A DNA stretch of 64,000 nucleotides from Dehalococcoidia bacterium (GTDB lineage Bacteria; Chloroflexota; Dehalococcoidia; Bin125). The stretch covers positions 544,001-608,000 of the forward strand of contig CAXXRD010000002.1 of NCBI GenBank assembly GCA_963663895.2. The letters run 5' to 3'. Every line of letters starts with the position of its first letter. Position 1 is the first letter of the stretch. Under the pieces are notes generated by a model. It searched no databases, was not told the DNA's origin, and worked only from the letters and a program-made list of their open reading frames with translations. The translations under genes and the position numbers were made by a program. Shown here piece by piece: positions 1 to 10,378 of this stretch.

Positions 1-591
1 GGCGCCGGCGCGCACGGCGGCGACTTGGGCGTTGAGATCGCCGAGCCGCTCCCAAGACTGGCGCATGTTGTGCAGCAAAACGGCGACGATATCGTTGTTC
101 AGCACGCCGCGCTTGTAGAGCGTGAGCGCGGGAATCCGGACTCCCTCTTCGAAATGGGAGCGCGCCTGCACGTTGAGCGAGCCGGCGACCACGCCGCCAA
201 CGTCGGACCAGTGCGCCGTGCAGGAGGTGAATCCGACGAGGACATCGCCGTCGAAGACGGGTTTGATGAAATGAATATCGTTGCAGTGCGTACTGGCGAT
301 GTAGGGGTCGTTGATCATGTAGATGTCGCCGGGCGCCATATTTTCAACGCCGATCGCGTGCATGACTTCGGGAACGGTCAGCATGGTGAGGCCGACGAAG
401 GCAGGGAGGTCGTGCTCGCCTTGGGAGACGAGCTTGCCGTGCGGACTGTAGACCGCAGTGGCAAAATCGTTCCCTTCATTCACGGGGGTGGAATAGGCGG
501 TCTTGGCGACGGTGACCGCCATCTCATTGCAGGCGGCTGTGAAGGTGTTGCGCAGCACCTCAAAGGTGATGGGATCGAGTTGAGTAGTCAC
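1..591 (-). CDS. Hydantoinase B/oxoprolinase family protein (N-terminal part; runs off window)
   Basis: GTG at 591 reads VTTQLDPITFEVLRNTFTAACNEMAVTVAKTAYSTP..., with later NDPYIASTHCNDIH and AHWSDVGG motifs; paralog of the adjacent gene. Confidence 0.85.
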   Translation of the reverse strand, partial: MTTQLDPITFEVLRNTFTAACNEMAVTVAKTAYSTPVNEGNDFATAVYSPHGKLVSQGEHDLPAFVGLTMLTVPEVMHAIGVENMAPGDIYMINDPYIASTHCNDIHFIKPVFDGDVLVGFTSCTAHWSDVGGVVAGSLNVQARSHFEEGVRIPALTLYKRGVLNNDIVAVLLHNMRQSWERLGDLNAQVAAVRAGA

Positions 592-613
592 CGTGCTGCC
601 TTTCGGTCGGCGT

Positions 614-2386
614 TCAGCGTTGAGCGCGCATCTCCTCGCGGAGAGCGTCCGTCGCGGCCTCGTCGATCGTGTACTGGAGCTGGCGCCGGTCGATCTCCCT
701 GACCACGACGCCGTATTGCGAACGGGCGGCGGCGAGAGAGATATAGGCGTCGCGCACGTCCTCCACGACCCGCTCGGGCTCACGCTCAAGCGGATCGCCG
801 TACCCGCCGCCGCCGGCGGACCAGAAGGTGATCGACTCCCCGGCGCCCGCCGGCTCGTTCACCGAAAAGATGCCGATGTCGCGTGCCTGCTCCGTGCCGT
901 GGTTGACGACCAGTCCAGCCGTCGCGCCCTCGCGGCCGCCGAAGATACCCGGCGGGCCGAAGCGCTCGCGGTCGCCGATACAAGAGATGGTGCCCGCGAC
1001 GTAGGGGAACTCGACGTACTGGCGCAGCCCGGTTCCCCCGCGACTTCGGCCCGGGCCGCCGGAGTCCTGCAGGCACTCGTAGATACGCCAGAGCACGGGG
1101 TAGCGCCGCTCTTGGAGCTCGGCGGGGATGTTTTGCGTGCTCGCGGTGTAGGGGGAGCCGGCGACGTTGGCTCCATCGTGCGTCCCCACGGCGCCGAGGC
1201 CGCCGAAGCCCCATACGTAGTTGATGAAGCTGGATTGAAACTCGGGGCGGGTGTCGAAGCCCGCAAAGACCGTATTGAGCACACTGAATGGGGTAGCCGC
1301 GCCCCGCTCGGGCAGGGCCTCGCTCAGGGCTTGGACGACGCAGCCGATCGTGCATTCCATGCTGGTGGCGGCAAGACCGGAGATCGCGACCGGCGGCTGC
1401 GCCCAAACGATCGAGCCCCGTCTGGCCTTGATCTCGATGGTGCGCATGATGCCGGAGTTCATGGGCATCGGCGGAAGGATGGAGGCGAGGCCCAGGAACA
1501 CCGCGGAGGTGGTGGCAGCGATGGTGCAGTTGATCCCGGACTCGGCGGGACCATCGGATTCGGTAAGGTCGAAGATGGCGTGGTCACCGGCGATGGTGAG
1601 CTTGAGACGGATGACCTTCGGCTCCCCGGTGTGGATGTCCATGTCGACGCGGTCGCTACTCTCATAGACGCCGTCGGGCAACAATTCCCAGGAAGCGCGC
1701 GCGAGTCGCTCGGAGTGGTTCTGGACCTCCTCCATCGTGGCGAGCACGGTGTCCGCACCATGTTTCGCAATGAGGGCCTGGAGGCGCGCCTCGCCGGCCT
1801 TCACGGCAGCGACCTGGGCGTTGAGGTCGCCGACCCGCTCCCATGACTCGCGCATGTTGTGGAGCAGGATGGCGAGCACGTCCTTGTTGAGTTCACCCTC
1901 GCGGTAGATGCGGAGCGCGGGGATCCGGACGCCTTCCTCAAAATGGCTGCGGGCACGGCAGTTGAGCGAGCCTGGGGCTACGCCGCCGACATCGGACCAG
2001 TGCGCCGTGGACGACGTGAACGCCACCAGTTCGCCTTCGTGGAAGATGGGTTTGACGAGATGGATGTCGTTGCAATGGGTGCTGGCCACATAGGGGTCAT
2101 TGATCATGTAGATGTCTTCAGGCCGCATCGTGTCCCGACCGATCGCTCGAATCACCTCGGGGACGGTCAGCATGGTGAGGCCGACGAAAGCCGGAAGGTC
2201 GGTCTCCCCTTGGGCCACCAGCTTGCCGTTGCGGTCGTAAACGGTGCCCGCGAAGTCGCGGCCTTCATTGATCGGAGTGGAGTAGGCGGTCTTGGCCACG
2301 ACGAGCGCCATCTCGTTGCAGACGGCGCTGAAAGCGTTGCGCAAGACTTCGAACGTGATGGGGTCAACGGCCGCTGGGCTCATCAC
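614..2386 (-). CDS. Hydantoinase B/oxoprolinase family protein
   Basis: DPITFEVLRNAF, NDPY..THCND, AHWSDVGG, EEGVRIP, DSGGPGRSRGG and GGGGYGDP motifs. Confidence 0.9.
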   Translation of the reverse strand: MMSPAAVDPITFEVLRNAFSAVCNEMALVVAKTAYSTPINEGRDFAGTVYDRNGKLVAQGETDLPAFVGLTMLTVPEVIRAIGRDTMRPEDIYMINDPYVASTHCNDIHLVKPIFHEGELVAFTSSTAHWSDVGGVAPGSLNCRARSHFEEGVRIPALRIYREGELNKDVLAILLHNMRESWERVGDLNAQVAAVKAGEARLQALIAKHGADTVLATMEEVQNHSERLARASWELLPDGVYESSDRVDMDIHTGEPKVIRLKLTIAGDHAIFDLTESDGPAESGINCTIAATTSAVFLGLASILPPMPMNSGIMRTIEIKARRGSIVWAQPPVAISGLAATSMECTIGCVVQALSEALPERGAATPFSVLNTVFAGFDTRPEFQSSFINYVWGFGGLGAVGTHDGANVAGSPYTASTQNIPAELQERRYPVLWRIYECLQDSGGPGRSRGGTGLRQYVEFPYVAGTISCIGDRERFGPPGIFGGREGATAGLVVNHGTEQARDIGIFSVNEPAGAGESITFWSAGGGGYGDPLEREPERVVEDVRDAYISLAAARSQYGVVVREIDRRQLQYTIDEAATDALREEMRAQR

Positions 2387-2493
2387 ACGCCTCCGAGCGT
2401 TTTCTATGAGAGCCGGCGCGTCCGTGGCGCCGGTCAGAGCGGTCAGTATATGAAGCGGGTCGGCGGCTGGGCAATCGGATTTGGCGGGGGCGG

Positions 2494-3300
2494 TTAGCCC
2501 GGATACACGGCGCTGGAGGGGAAGGTGGGGCTGCGTTTCTCTTGGACGGCGTCGACGCCCTCACGGACGTCGGGTCCCATGAATTGGAGCAGCTCGAAGG
2601 CCGCGGAGGCGTCGAAGTTGGGGGCATTCATCCGCAGCCAGTTGTTCAGGATGTGCTTCGTCGTGCGGAGGGCGACGGCGGAGCCACGGCCCAGGCGGTC
2701 GGCGACTTCACGGGCGCGGTCCATGAGTTCATCGTGGGGCACGCACATGCTCACGAGGCCGATCTCGGCAGCCTGCTCCCCATTGAGCTCATCGTTCGTG
2801 AACAGGTAGTACTTGGCCCGAGCCATGCCGCAGAGCAGGGGCCAGATGATGGCGGCGTGGTCGCCGGCAGCGACGCCGATGCGCGTGTGGCCGTCCATGA
2901 TCCGCGCCTTGTCGGAGGCGATGCTGACGTCCGCGAGGAGGGCGACGGCCAACCCGGCGCCGATCGCCCACCCGTTGATGGCGGAGACGATCGGCTTATC
3001 CAGATTGATCATGTTGTAGACGATGTCGCGATCCTCTTGGAGGGTCTTGTAGACAAAGCCGAACTGCTGGAAATCGACGCCGAAGAGGTCGCCGCCAGCG
3101 CAGAAGGCGCGGCCGGCGCCGGTGATGAGCGCGACGCGCGTATCCGGATCGTCGCCGATGGTGCGCCAGATCTGTCCGAGCTCCTTGTGGAGCTGGGCAT
3201 TGACGGCGTTCATCGCCTCGGGCCGGTTCATCGTGATCTGGAGGACGCCGTTGGGCAGGCGCTCGAACAGCAGGTATTCGTAATCGGCGTATTCCATCAT
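2494..3300 (-). CDS. Enoyl-CoA hydratase/isomerase (crotonase) family protein
   Basis: [17 protein letters not shown] and [15 protein letters not shown] motifs. Confidence 0.9.
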   Translation of the reverse strand: MMEYADYEYLLFERLPNGVLQITMNRPEAMNAVNAQLHKELGQIWRTIGDDPDTRVALITGAGRAFCAGGDLFGVDFQQFGFVYKTLQEDRDIVYNMINLDKPIVSAINGWAIGAGLAVALLADVSIASDKARIMDGHTRIGVAAGDHAAIIWPLLCGMARAKYYLFTNDELNGEQAAEIGLVSMCVPHDELMDRAREVADRLGRGSAVALRTTKHILNNWLRMNAPNFDASAAFELLQFMGPDVREGVDAVQEKRSPTFPSSAVYPG

Positions 3301-3384
3301 GGGATCGATCCTTCACCTCAGAGAGCCAGTGCAGGCCGGCAGGGTAGCGGATGCTGCGCGCCGAAAACGATGAGACGGCGGGAA

Positions 3385-4470
3385 TCAGCCCTCGTTCTTG
3401 GCGCGGGCGGCGGCGATGGCAGCGCGGAGCTCTTCGGTCTCCGTAGACTCGTGCTCGTGCATGATGTCGTACCAGCGGTCGAGGTTCTCCTCGTTGTCGG
3501 AGAGCGGGAAGCATGTCGACCACCACGAGGGCTGGCCGCTCTCGCCGTTGCCGCGGATCGCCACGAGCGGCGGCGGGCCGCTGGTGCAGCGCTCCTCGAC
3601 GAGCGGGCAGCGGGGCGCGAGGGGGCAGCCGGGGGGCAAATCGATGGGGCTGGGGATCTCACCACTGAGGCGCAGGCGCTGGCGCGTGGTCTTGGGGTCG
3701 GGGAGCAGCACGGACGAGAGAAGCGCCTCACTGTAGGGATGGGTGGGGCGCGCGAAAACATCCTCGATCGGGCCGGTCTCGACCAACTGTCCCAGGTACA
3801 TGATCGCGAGGCGATGGCTGATGGCACGCACCGCGCTGAGATCGTGCGAGATAAAAATGTAGGCGATCTTTTGCTCTTCCTGGAGACGCCGCAGGATGCC
3901 GATGATGTGAATGCTGACGGAGAGGTCAAGCAGGCCGGTGGGCTCATCCAAGACGATGAAACGCGGGCCCGTCGCGATGGCGCGGGCGATGGCGACCTGC
4001 TGCTGCTCCGCCTTGCGAATGGCGCCGGGACGCTCGTTCAGGACGCGCGGATCGAGGTCGGCGAGCTCGAGCACTTCCATGACGCGCTTTTGGAGTTCCG
4101 TCCGACTCAGTGTCTCGTGGAGGCGCAGGGGCTCGGAGATGATGTCGCGGACGCGCATGCGCGGGTTAAAGCCCAGCATGGGATCCTGGTAAACGATCTG
4201 CATCTTGGAGCGCATGCGTCGCATGGGCTCGCCATCGAGCTTGAGCAGGTCGATGCCCTCGAAGCGGATCGCGCCCGTATCCGGCTCCGTCAGGCGAAGG
4301 ACGACGCGGCCCAGGGTGGTCTTGCCGGAGCCGCTCTCGCCCACCAGCCCGAGCGTCTCGCCCTCGCGCAGGTCGAGGGAAACGTTGCTCACGGCGACGA
4401 GCTCTTGCCCCTTGCCGACGGTGAAGGTCTTGGTGAGATTGCGAATTTGGAGAAGCGGTTCGTCCGTCAT
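3385..4470 (-). CDS. Oligo/dipeptide ABC transporter ATP-binding subunit (DppF/OppF-like), degenerate signature motif
   Basis: Walker A GESGSGKT, Walker B IVLDEP, ISHDL, HPYS and C-terminal GCPLAPRC; signature reads IRKAEQQ instead of LSGGQ. Confidence 0.9.
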   Translation of the reverse strand: MTDEPLLQIRNLTKTFTVGKGQELVAVSNVSLDLREGETLGLVGESGSGKTTLGRVVLRLTEPDTGAIRFEGIDLLKLDGEPMRRMRSKMQIVYQDPMLGFNPRMRVRDIISEPLRLHETLSRTELQKRVMEVLELADLDPRVLNERPGAIRKAEQQQVAIARAIATGPRFIVLDEPTGLLDLSVSIHIIGILRRLQEEQKIAYIFISHDLSAVRAISHRLAIMYLGQLVETGPIEDVFARPTHPYSEALLSSVLLPDPKTTRQRLRLSGEIPSPIDLPPGCPLAPRCPLVEERCTSGPPPLVAIRGNGESGQPSWWSTCFPLSDNEENLDRWYDIMHEHESTETEELRAAIAAARAKNEG

Positions 4471-5441
4471 TCGTCTTCCAACCGTACCAGATGCCCGGGG
4501 GCGACGAGGGTATAGAGATCGGACGGCGCCGGTAAGTTCTCATGAACAAAGCGTCGATCCTGAGAGGTATCACGCTCCACATCGACGCGCGCTTCGTCCA
4601 TCTTCTGCTGGGCACGGGCTTCGCGGGCGGCCGAGAGGAGCAGCCGGCTGTAGGAATGCTGGGGGTTGGCGAAGAAGTCGAGCACGGGAGCGTACTCCAC
4701 GATCTGCCCACGGCGAATCACGGCGATCGTATCGCAGTACGTCGCGGCGATGCCGAGGTCGCTCGTGGTCAACACCAGTGAGGTGTCGCGCTCCCGCAGA
4801 AGAGCGTGGAAGTGGTCCATGACCTGCGCCTGGATCGTGACATCCAACCCGACGGTGAACTCATCGCCCAGTAGCAGCTGTGGTGAGCAGGCCATGGCCT
4901 TGGCAATGAGGATGCGCTGGGCCATGCCCCCGCTCAGCTCGTGGGGATAGGCCTGGAAACGGATGTGCGGATCAGGGATACCGATGATGCGAAGGATGTC
5001 GATCGCTTCGTCGGCGAGATCCTGCTTGCTCCGGTCGGGGAAGTGCGATCTGAGAACATCGACGATCTGACTGCCGGCGGTCTCGACCGGGTTGAGAGAG
5101 AACTTGCCACCCGGAACGATCATTGCTAGCTCGAGGCCGCGGAGTTCCTCCATTTGGCGGCTCGATTTGGCCATGAGGTCTTCGCCCCGATAGACGATGC
5201 TGCCGCTGCGCTGCTCCACTTCGCGCAGCAACAGGCGGATGATGCCGAAGAGCAGGGCGCTCTTGCCGGAGCCGCTCTCGCCCATCACTCCCAGCACCTC
5301 GCCCGAGTCGACGCTCATAAAGGCACCGTCGATCACGAGGCGATCTTCGACGAGATGGTGGAGGGTCAGGTCGCTGACCCGCAGGATCTCGCCGGAAGCC
5401 GTGGATCCGGCAGGAGTGGCGTCGGGGGTCTCAGTAACCAC
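4467..5441 (-). CDS. Oligo/dipeptide ABC transporter ATP-binding subunit (DppD/OppD-like), degenerate Q-loop and H-switch
   Basis: GESGSGKS, YPHELSGGMAQR, GDEFTVGLDVTIQAQ; TTSDL in place of ITHDL. Confidence 0.9.
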   Translation of the reverse strand: MVTETPDATPAGSTASGEILRVSDLTLHHLVEDRLVIDGAFMSVDSGEVLGVMGESGSGKSALLFGIIRLLLREVEQRSGSIVYRGEDLMAKSSRQMEELRGLELAMIVPGGKFSLNPVETAGSQIVDVLRSHFPDRSKQDLADEAIDILRIIGIPDPHIRFQAYPHELSGGMAQRILIAKAMACSPQLLLGDEFTVGLDVTIQAQVMDHFHALLRERDTSLVLTTSDLGIAATYCDTIAVIRRGQIVEYAPVLDFFANPQHSYSRLLLSAAREARAQQKMDEARVDVERDTSQDRRFVHENLPAPSDLYTLVAPGHLVRLEDE

Positions 5442-6402
5442 GGAGACCAGACCCGCGCCAGCGGACGCGAATGCTCTCGCCGATGACGGCGAGGGAGAAG
5501 ACCGTCAATCCGAGCGTGATGCCGGGGAAGACCGAGGTCCACCACTGACCGCTCTGCATAAGCTCGACCCCACTCCTGATCATGGCGCCCCACTCCGGCG
5601 TGGGCGGAGCGACGCCGGCTCCCACGAAGCTCAGCCCCGCGGTGAGAAGGATGGCGTAACCCATAACGGCCGAGCCCTGGACCGTGGCGGTGGTGACGGA
5701 GTTGGGCAGGATGTGGTTGAACATGATGCGCCGGGTCGGGTTGCCGACAGCACGCTCCGCTTCCACGAAGGTGAGTTCGCGCACAAGCAAGGTCTCCGCT
5801 CGCACGTAACGGAAGAAGATCGGGGTGAAGAGGAAGGAGAGGACGTAAATGACTTTGTCTTGCCCGGATCCGATCACGGCGACGAGGGCCAGCGCGACGA
5901 TAAAGACGGGGAAGGCTTGGATGATGTCCATGAAGCGCGTGAGGACCTCGGCCAGCGATCCGACGAGCCGGCCTCGACCGGCAGCATAACCCGCCACCAG
6001 ACCGAGCACGGAGCCGGCGCCCAGGCCGATGATGGTGGAGGCGATAGCGATAACGAGATCGACGCGCGGGGCAGAGATAGTGCGGCTGAAGACATCCAAC
6101 GCCTTCTCGTCCGTACCGAACCAGTACGCGCCACTGGGCGCTCTGAGATTCGCCAGTTGCGTTCGCGGGTCGCCCTGAGCGTTCAAGATCAGCTCTCCCC
6201 GCTCATCAAGGAGAGTCTCGCGGAGCACGGCTTCGGGATCATGGGGAGCGATGATAGGGCCGACGGCGGCGAGAAAGATCATCACGGCGAGGATGCCAAG
6301 GGCAATGGTGAGGAGTTTCTGCCGGCGCATGGCCCCCAAGACCGCGCCAGCGGAGAGGCGGGGTACACGGACGCGGACGGCCTGCCAGGTGGTGGTGGTC
6401 AT
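5431..6402 (-). CDS. Peptide/nickel ABC transporter permease (DppC-like)
   Basis: WFGTDE, FVEAERAVG (EAA loop), HILPN, PPTPEWG; multiple TM segments. Confidence 0.9.
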   Translation of the reverse strand: MTTTTWQAVRVRVPRLSAGAVLGAMRRQKLLTIALGILAVMIFLAAVGPIIAPHDPEAVLRETLLDERGELILNAQGDPRTQLANLRAPSGAYWFGTDEKALDVFSRTISAPRVDLVIAIASTIIGLGAGSVLGLVAGYAAGRGRLVGSLAEVLTRFMDIIQAFPVFIVALALVAVIGSGQDKVIYVLSFLFTPIFFRYVRAETLLVRELTFVEAERAVGNPTRRIMFNHILPNSVTTATVQGSAVMGYAILLTAGLSFVGAGVAPPTPEWGAMIRSGVELMQSGQWWTSVFPGITLGLTVFSLAVIGESIRVRWRGSGLRGY

Positions 6403-7439
6403 GACGAACCCACCGTGCTCACCCGGATACGCGGATCGACGAAGTAGTGAATGATGTCGATCAAGAGGTAGACGAGGATCGTGAAGACGGCGGCCACCAG
6501 CATCATGCCTTGGATCACGTTGAAGTCAAGGGCGTTGACCGCATCCACCGTGTACTGACCGAAGCCTCCCCACGAGAACACCGTCTCGACGAGGACGGCG
6601 CCTCCAAGAAGGAAGGCGTAGAGGACGCCGCTGGTCGTGACAATGGGGAGCAACGCGTTGCGCATGATGTAGCGCGTGATGGTGCGCCGCCGCACGCCGA
6701 CCGCCCGGGCCCCGGTCACGTACTGGGAGTTGAAGACTTCCGTCGTGGTGACCGCCGTAATCTTCAAGACCACCGGCGCGTAGACGATGGCAAGCGTCAG
6801 GACGGGCATGATCGAAGCGCGGAAGGCCGTGCCGGCCTGCCTGAAGTCCCCCTTGATAAGGGTGTCCAGCAGATCAACGTTGGTGGGTCCGGTAGGAATT
6901 TGCGAGGGGATATACCCCGGCAACTGGCCGATGGGCGCCGGTAAGATGCCCAGCGTGGCGAAGAAGATGAAGACCAGGATCAGCCCGACCCAGAAATCCG
7001 GTAAGGCCCCGGCTAAGAAACCATAGCCAATAATGGACTTATTCAGCCACGTGCCCCAGCCGGTGGGCGGGGCTAAGGCTGCGGCATAGCCCACTCCAAT
7101 CCCGATCACCACGCAGGCAACGAGGCCGAGCGTGATCAGCCACAATGTCGCCGGAACGCGGCGTCCCAGCTCCTCGATGACGGGTTGCTTGGTCACGATG
7201 GAATTGCCGAAGTCGCCTTGGACCGTGCGCTCGACGTATCGGCCGTACTGGACGAAAAAGGGCTTGTCGAGCCCAAGGCGCTTCGTTTCGCGGACCACGC
7301 CCTCTTGGGTGCGCAGCGGGCCCAGAATGATCAGGACGGGATCACCGGGCAGGAGCTTGATCAGCAGAAACGCCAGAAAGGAAACCACGAAGAGCTGCGG
7401 GATGAGGAAAGCGAAACGCCGCAGCAGGAACTTTCTCAT
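6399..7439 (-). CDS. Peptide/nickel ABC transporter permease (DppB-like)
   Basis: LPGDP, LGLDKPFFVQY, GDFGNS, RNALLP, LLGGAVLVETVFSWGG. Confidence 0.9.
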   Translation of the reverse strand: MRKFLLRRFAFLIPQLFVVSFLAFLLIKLLPGDPVLIILGPLRTQEGVVRETKRLGLDKPFFVQYGRYVERTVQGDFGNSIVTKQPVIEELGRRVPATLWLITLGLVACVVIGIGVGYAAALAPPTGWGTWLNKSIIGYGFLAGALPDFWVGLILVFIFFATLGILPAPIGQLPGYIPSQIPTGPTNVDLLDTLIKGDFRQAGTAFRASIMPVLTLAIVYAPVVLKITAVTTTEVFNSQYVTGARAVGVRRRTITRYIMRNALLPIVTTSGVLYAFLLGGAVLVETVFSWGGFGQYTVDAVNALDFNVIQGMMLVAAVFTILVYLLIDIIHYFVDPRIRVSTVGSS

Positions 7440-7649
7440 AGTCTCTCGCTCTTGGAGGCGTTCCGCTCAGTGCGCCCGACCCGCGCGCTCCAGTCGCGGG
7501 TAGCCATATGATCTACAGCCTAGCAGAGGGGACGCGCAAGACCGGGACGGGGTAGTGCGCCCGGCGGCAGGGCCCCAAAAGCATGCGGAACTCTTGAAGA
7601 GCGCAACTCGTGGGTGACTCGGAAGGCTCCATCGGCCTTCCAACCGATC

Positions 7650-8861
7650 TCAATAGGCTGTCTCCAGGATCTGCGCCACCACCTCTTCCGTCACGGGGCG
7701 CGGGTTGGTGGCAACGACCATATCCTCCAACGCGTCGTGGACGATCCCGGGGAAGTCCTCCTTGGTGACCCCGACCTCGGAGAGGCGAGTCGGCACTTCC
7801 AGCTCTTGGATGAAAGCGCGCAGCGAACCGATAAAGGCTCGCGCGGCGTCATCGACGCTCATGTCCCGGGTATCGACGGCGAAGGCCTCGGCCAGGCTCG
7901 CCTGACGATCTTTCACGACCGGGAAGTTGTAGTCCATGACGTGCGGAAGCATGATGCACGAGGTGACGCCATGGGGGACGTCGCAACGGGCCCCAAGCTG
8001 GTGGCCGATGCCGTGGCTGAGGCCGACCATCACGTTGAGCAGGCCGAAGAGGCTCATCCAGCAGGCCATCTGACAACGGCCACGGGAGCCGATGTCTTCG
8101 GGGTTCCTGGAAGCATTGGGGAGCTCCTGCGCGAGGATCGTCAGCGCGTCCTTGGAGAGCGCATCGACGAAGGGCATGTGGGCCTGGGAGACGTAGGCTT
8201 CGACGCAATGGTCGACGGCGCGCATTCCGGTCGACGCCCAGAGCCAGCCGGGCGTATGCACGGCCAGGGTTGGGTCGAGGTAGGCCGCGACCGGCATCAG
8301 TGGCGGGTGCAAGTAGATCTCTTTGACTTGGCGCTTGCTGTCGGTCATGCCGGCGATGTTGGTGAACTCGCCGGCAGAGAGGGTGGTGGAGATCGTAATG
8401 TGCTTGGGAACGCGCGCGGGGTGCTTGAGCGAGGGAAATTCGACCTTGTCGGGGTACTCAAACTTCGTGCTGTAGTCGTCACACTGATCGAGCGTCGTGA
8501 TCTCCTCGGCCATGCACATGGCCACGGCCTTGGCGCAATCGATGGGACTGCCGCCGCCCACGCTCACGAGGAAGTCGGCTCCCGCGCTGCGGGCTTCCTC
8601 TGCCGCCTGCAGAACCGACTCACGGTGGACGTGTTGCGAGACGGCGTGGAAGACCCCCACGGCTTTGTCGCCAAGAACGCCCTGCACGCGATCGACGACG
8701 TTGGTCTTGGTCGCCAGGCTGTTGCTGGCAACGATGAAGACTTTGCGGCCGTCATGGGCCTCCACATCCTCGGCCAGGAAGTTCAGGCAATCGGGACCGT
8801 AACGGACGCGTTCCATCGACGGGATTTCGAAGGTTCCTGCGAGTGCTTCGGCCTGTGACAT
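7650..8861 (-). CDS. Iron-containing alcohol dehydrogenase / maleylacetate reductase-like
   Basis: VGGGSPIDCAK, TTLSAGE, DHCVEA, HGIGHQLG...HG; start moved to MSQAE at 8861, which has an RBS. Confidence 0.85.
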   Translation of the reverse strand: MSQAEALAGTFEIPSMERVRYGPDCLNFLAEDVEAHDGRKVFIVASNSLATKTNVVDRVQGVLGDKAVGVFHAVSQHVHRESVLQAAEEARSAGADFLVSVGGGSPIDCAKAVAMCMAEEITTLDQCDDYSTKFEYPDKVEFPSLKHPARVPKHITISTTLSAGEFTNIAGMTDSKRQVKEIYLHPPLMPVAAYLDPTLAVHTPGWLWASTGMRAVDHCVEAYVSQAHMPFVDALSKDALTILAQELPNASRNPEDIGSRGRCQMACWMSLFGLLNVMVGLSHGIGHQLGARCDVPHGVTSCIMLPHVMDYNFPVVKDRQASLAEAFAVDTRDMSVDDAARAFIGSLRAFIQELEVPTRLSEVGVTKEDFPGIVHDALEDMVVATNPRPVTEEVVAQILETAY

Positions 8862-8954
8862 GGCTGTCCTTTCCCCGGACCCCCGCTGGCGTGGCGCGCG
8901 GCCGAGCGTACGAGCGGCCCAGAAGACCGTCAAGAAACCGCTGGCTGTGGCTGG

Positions 8955-8990
8955 CCGGCTCGATCCGAATCACCGGCTCGATCCGAATCA
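8955..8990. repeat. Perfect 18-bp tandem duplication
   Basis: CCGGCTCGATCCGAATCA x2 in the intergenic region upstream of the dehydrogenase. Confidence 0.9.
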
Positions 8991-8997
8991 GGAGAAG

Positions 8998-10299
8998 CTA
9001 AGCGCCGCTCGCGTCCAGCGTGGTGTCGACACCGGCGACGGTCACCGTCGGGAAAGCGCCGAGGATGGAGAACCAAAAGGTTGTCCGCGCAGGCAGCGCA
9101 ACGAGCTGCGACGCCGCAAGCGGGCCTTCCAGGGCGAAGCCCGATCGGTTCCAGCGCGTGCCGGTTTCCCTATCGACGAAGGCGCCATCCTCAAGCACGA
9201 ACGTCAGCCGCCTTCCGTCCACGCGGGGATCGAAGGCGGCGCCGTAGCGAGATGGCGAGTCGATGAAGATGACGAGCGGCTGGCCGGCCAGGGCGTCGTT
9301 GATCGCAAGGCTGCCAAGCGACTGCAGGGGATAGGCGCGCGGCTCGCTCTCAATCTCCACGACGAGCGCCAGCTCCGAGATCGGGAGGCGACCGTCCGCG
9401 AGCGTTTCCTCATCAATGAGGAACGGTGGACGGGCAGTGGATTCGCCCGCGCCGGAAAGGAGGGAGGCCACGTCTGTGCCGTAGGGACGATCGAAGCCAG
9501 TATCGTCGCTGAGGACGAGGGTGTCGGGGTGCTCGGCGAGCCAAGCTTGCCACTCCGTGGTGATGGATGCGAGGGGAGTGAGCCGCTGACCGGTGCGCGC
9601 ACCCACGACCGCTTCTCCCGCCACCTGGAACCAATAGGAGATGGCTTCGAGGTCGCGGTCGAACATGACGAGGTCGTTCTCAAAGAGCGCGCCGGTGTTG
9701 CCGAAGGTGAGAACCTCGCCGGCCAGCACACGCTCGTACACGAGGCCGGTGCGACAGAGGGTGCAGTAGGCGATGAGGACGGGCCGGCCGGCCAAGGTCT
9801 CGTTCACAATCCCGTGGAAGTTAAGAATGGAAATCGGATAGGCGTACGCCTGTCCGTCGTCCGCGACATAGCCGATGATCAGCTGCGTGTCCCAGAGGTA
9901 GTCGGCGGCCGCCGCTTGAGCGGCGGTGCGGTAGCGCACCGTGCCGACGCGATCCTGCTCCGCGGGAGAGAGCAGCGCACGGTTGGCATCGAGCGGTGGA
10001 ATGGCATCGACGATGCTCAGGACCGTTGCCTCATCGGCTTCCGCCAGGGTGACGGCGGTGAGGTCGAAGAGGTCGAAAACGATATCGACGAGTTCGACGC
10101 TGCGGAGAGAAGTGTCCAGTCCGGCGATGACGCCCCGGTCGGTTGCAAGCGAGGAGGCGCCGAGATCGGCAGCGCCTGCGTCTTCTGGTCCGGAAGAGGC
10201 GTCCGCGGGGACCGGGACGGCGGGCTCGCCGCCGCCGGAGCAGGCGGCCACGCCGAGGGCGAGCAAGGCTCCCGCCACGATCACGACAGGAAATGGCAT
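8998..10299 (-). CDS. DUF3179-family lipoprotein (CxxC)
   Basis: Lipobox GVAAC; DAIPPL, AYAYPISILNFHGIVN, YCTLCRTG, FGNTGAL, FWFS; start uncertain. Confidence 0.75.
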   Translation of the reverse strand: MPFPVVIVAGALLALGVAACSGGGEPAVPVPADASSGPEDAGAADLGASSLATDRGVIAGLDTSLRSVELVDIVFDLFDLTAVTLAEADEATVLSIVDAIPPLDANRALLSPAEQDRVGTVRYRTAAQAAAADYLWDTQLIIGYVADDGQAYAYPISILNFHGIVNETLAGRPVLIAYCTLCRTGLVYERVLAGEVLTFGNTGALFENDLVMFDRDLEAISYWFQVAGEAVVGARTGQRLTPLASITTEWQAWLAEHPDTLVLSDDTGFDRPYGTDVASLLSGAGESTARPPFLIDEETLADGRLPISELALVVEIESEPRAYPLQSLGSLAINDALAGQPLVIFIDSPSRYGAAFDPRVDGRRLTFVLEDGAFVDRETGTRWNRSGFALEGPLAASQLVALPARTTFWFSILGAFPTVTVAGVDTTLDASGA

Positions 10300-10378
10300 G
10301 CGAGGGAATGGGCGCACTGGTCCGCTCCAGCTCAGTCGCACTCTGAGCATACGCCTGATCGCCTGCCGGATTCGAGCG

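Noticed and set aside
25-4515. Long plus-strand ORFs (225, 417, 212 and 657 aa) and similar antisense ORFs across the window
   Set aside because: Shadow frames opposite well-supported genes, expected in high-GC DNA; no motifs
8955-8990. 18-bp tandem duplication as a functional element
   Set aside because: Only two copies, not seen elsewhere; compatible with simple slippage
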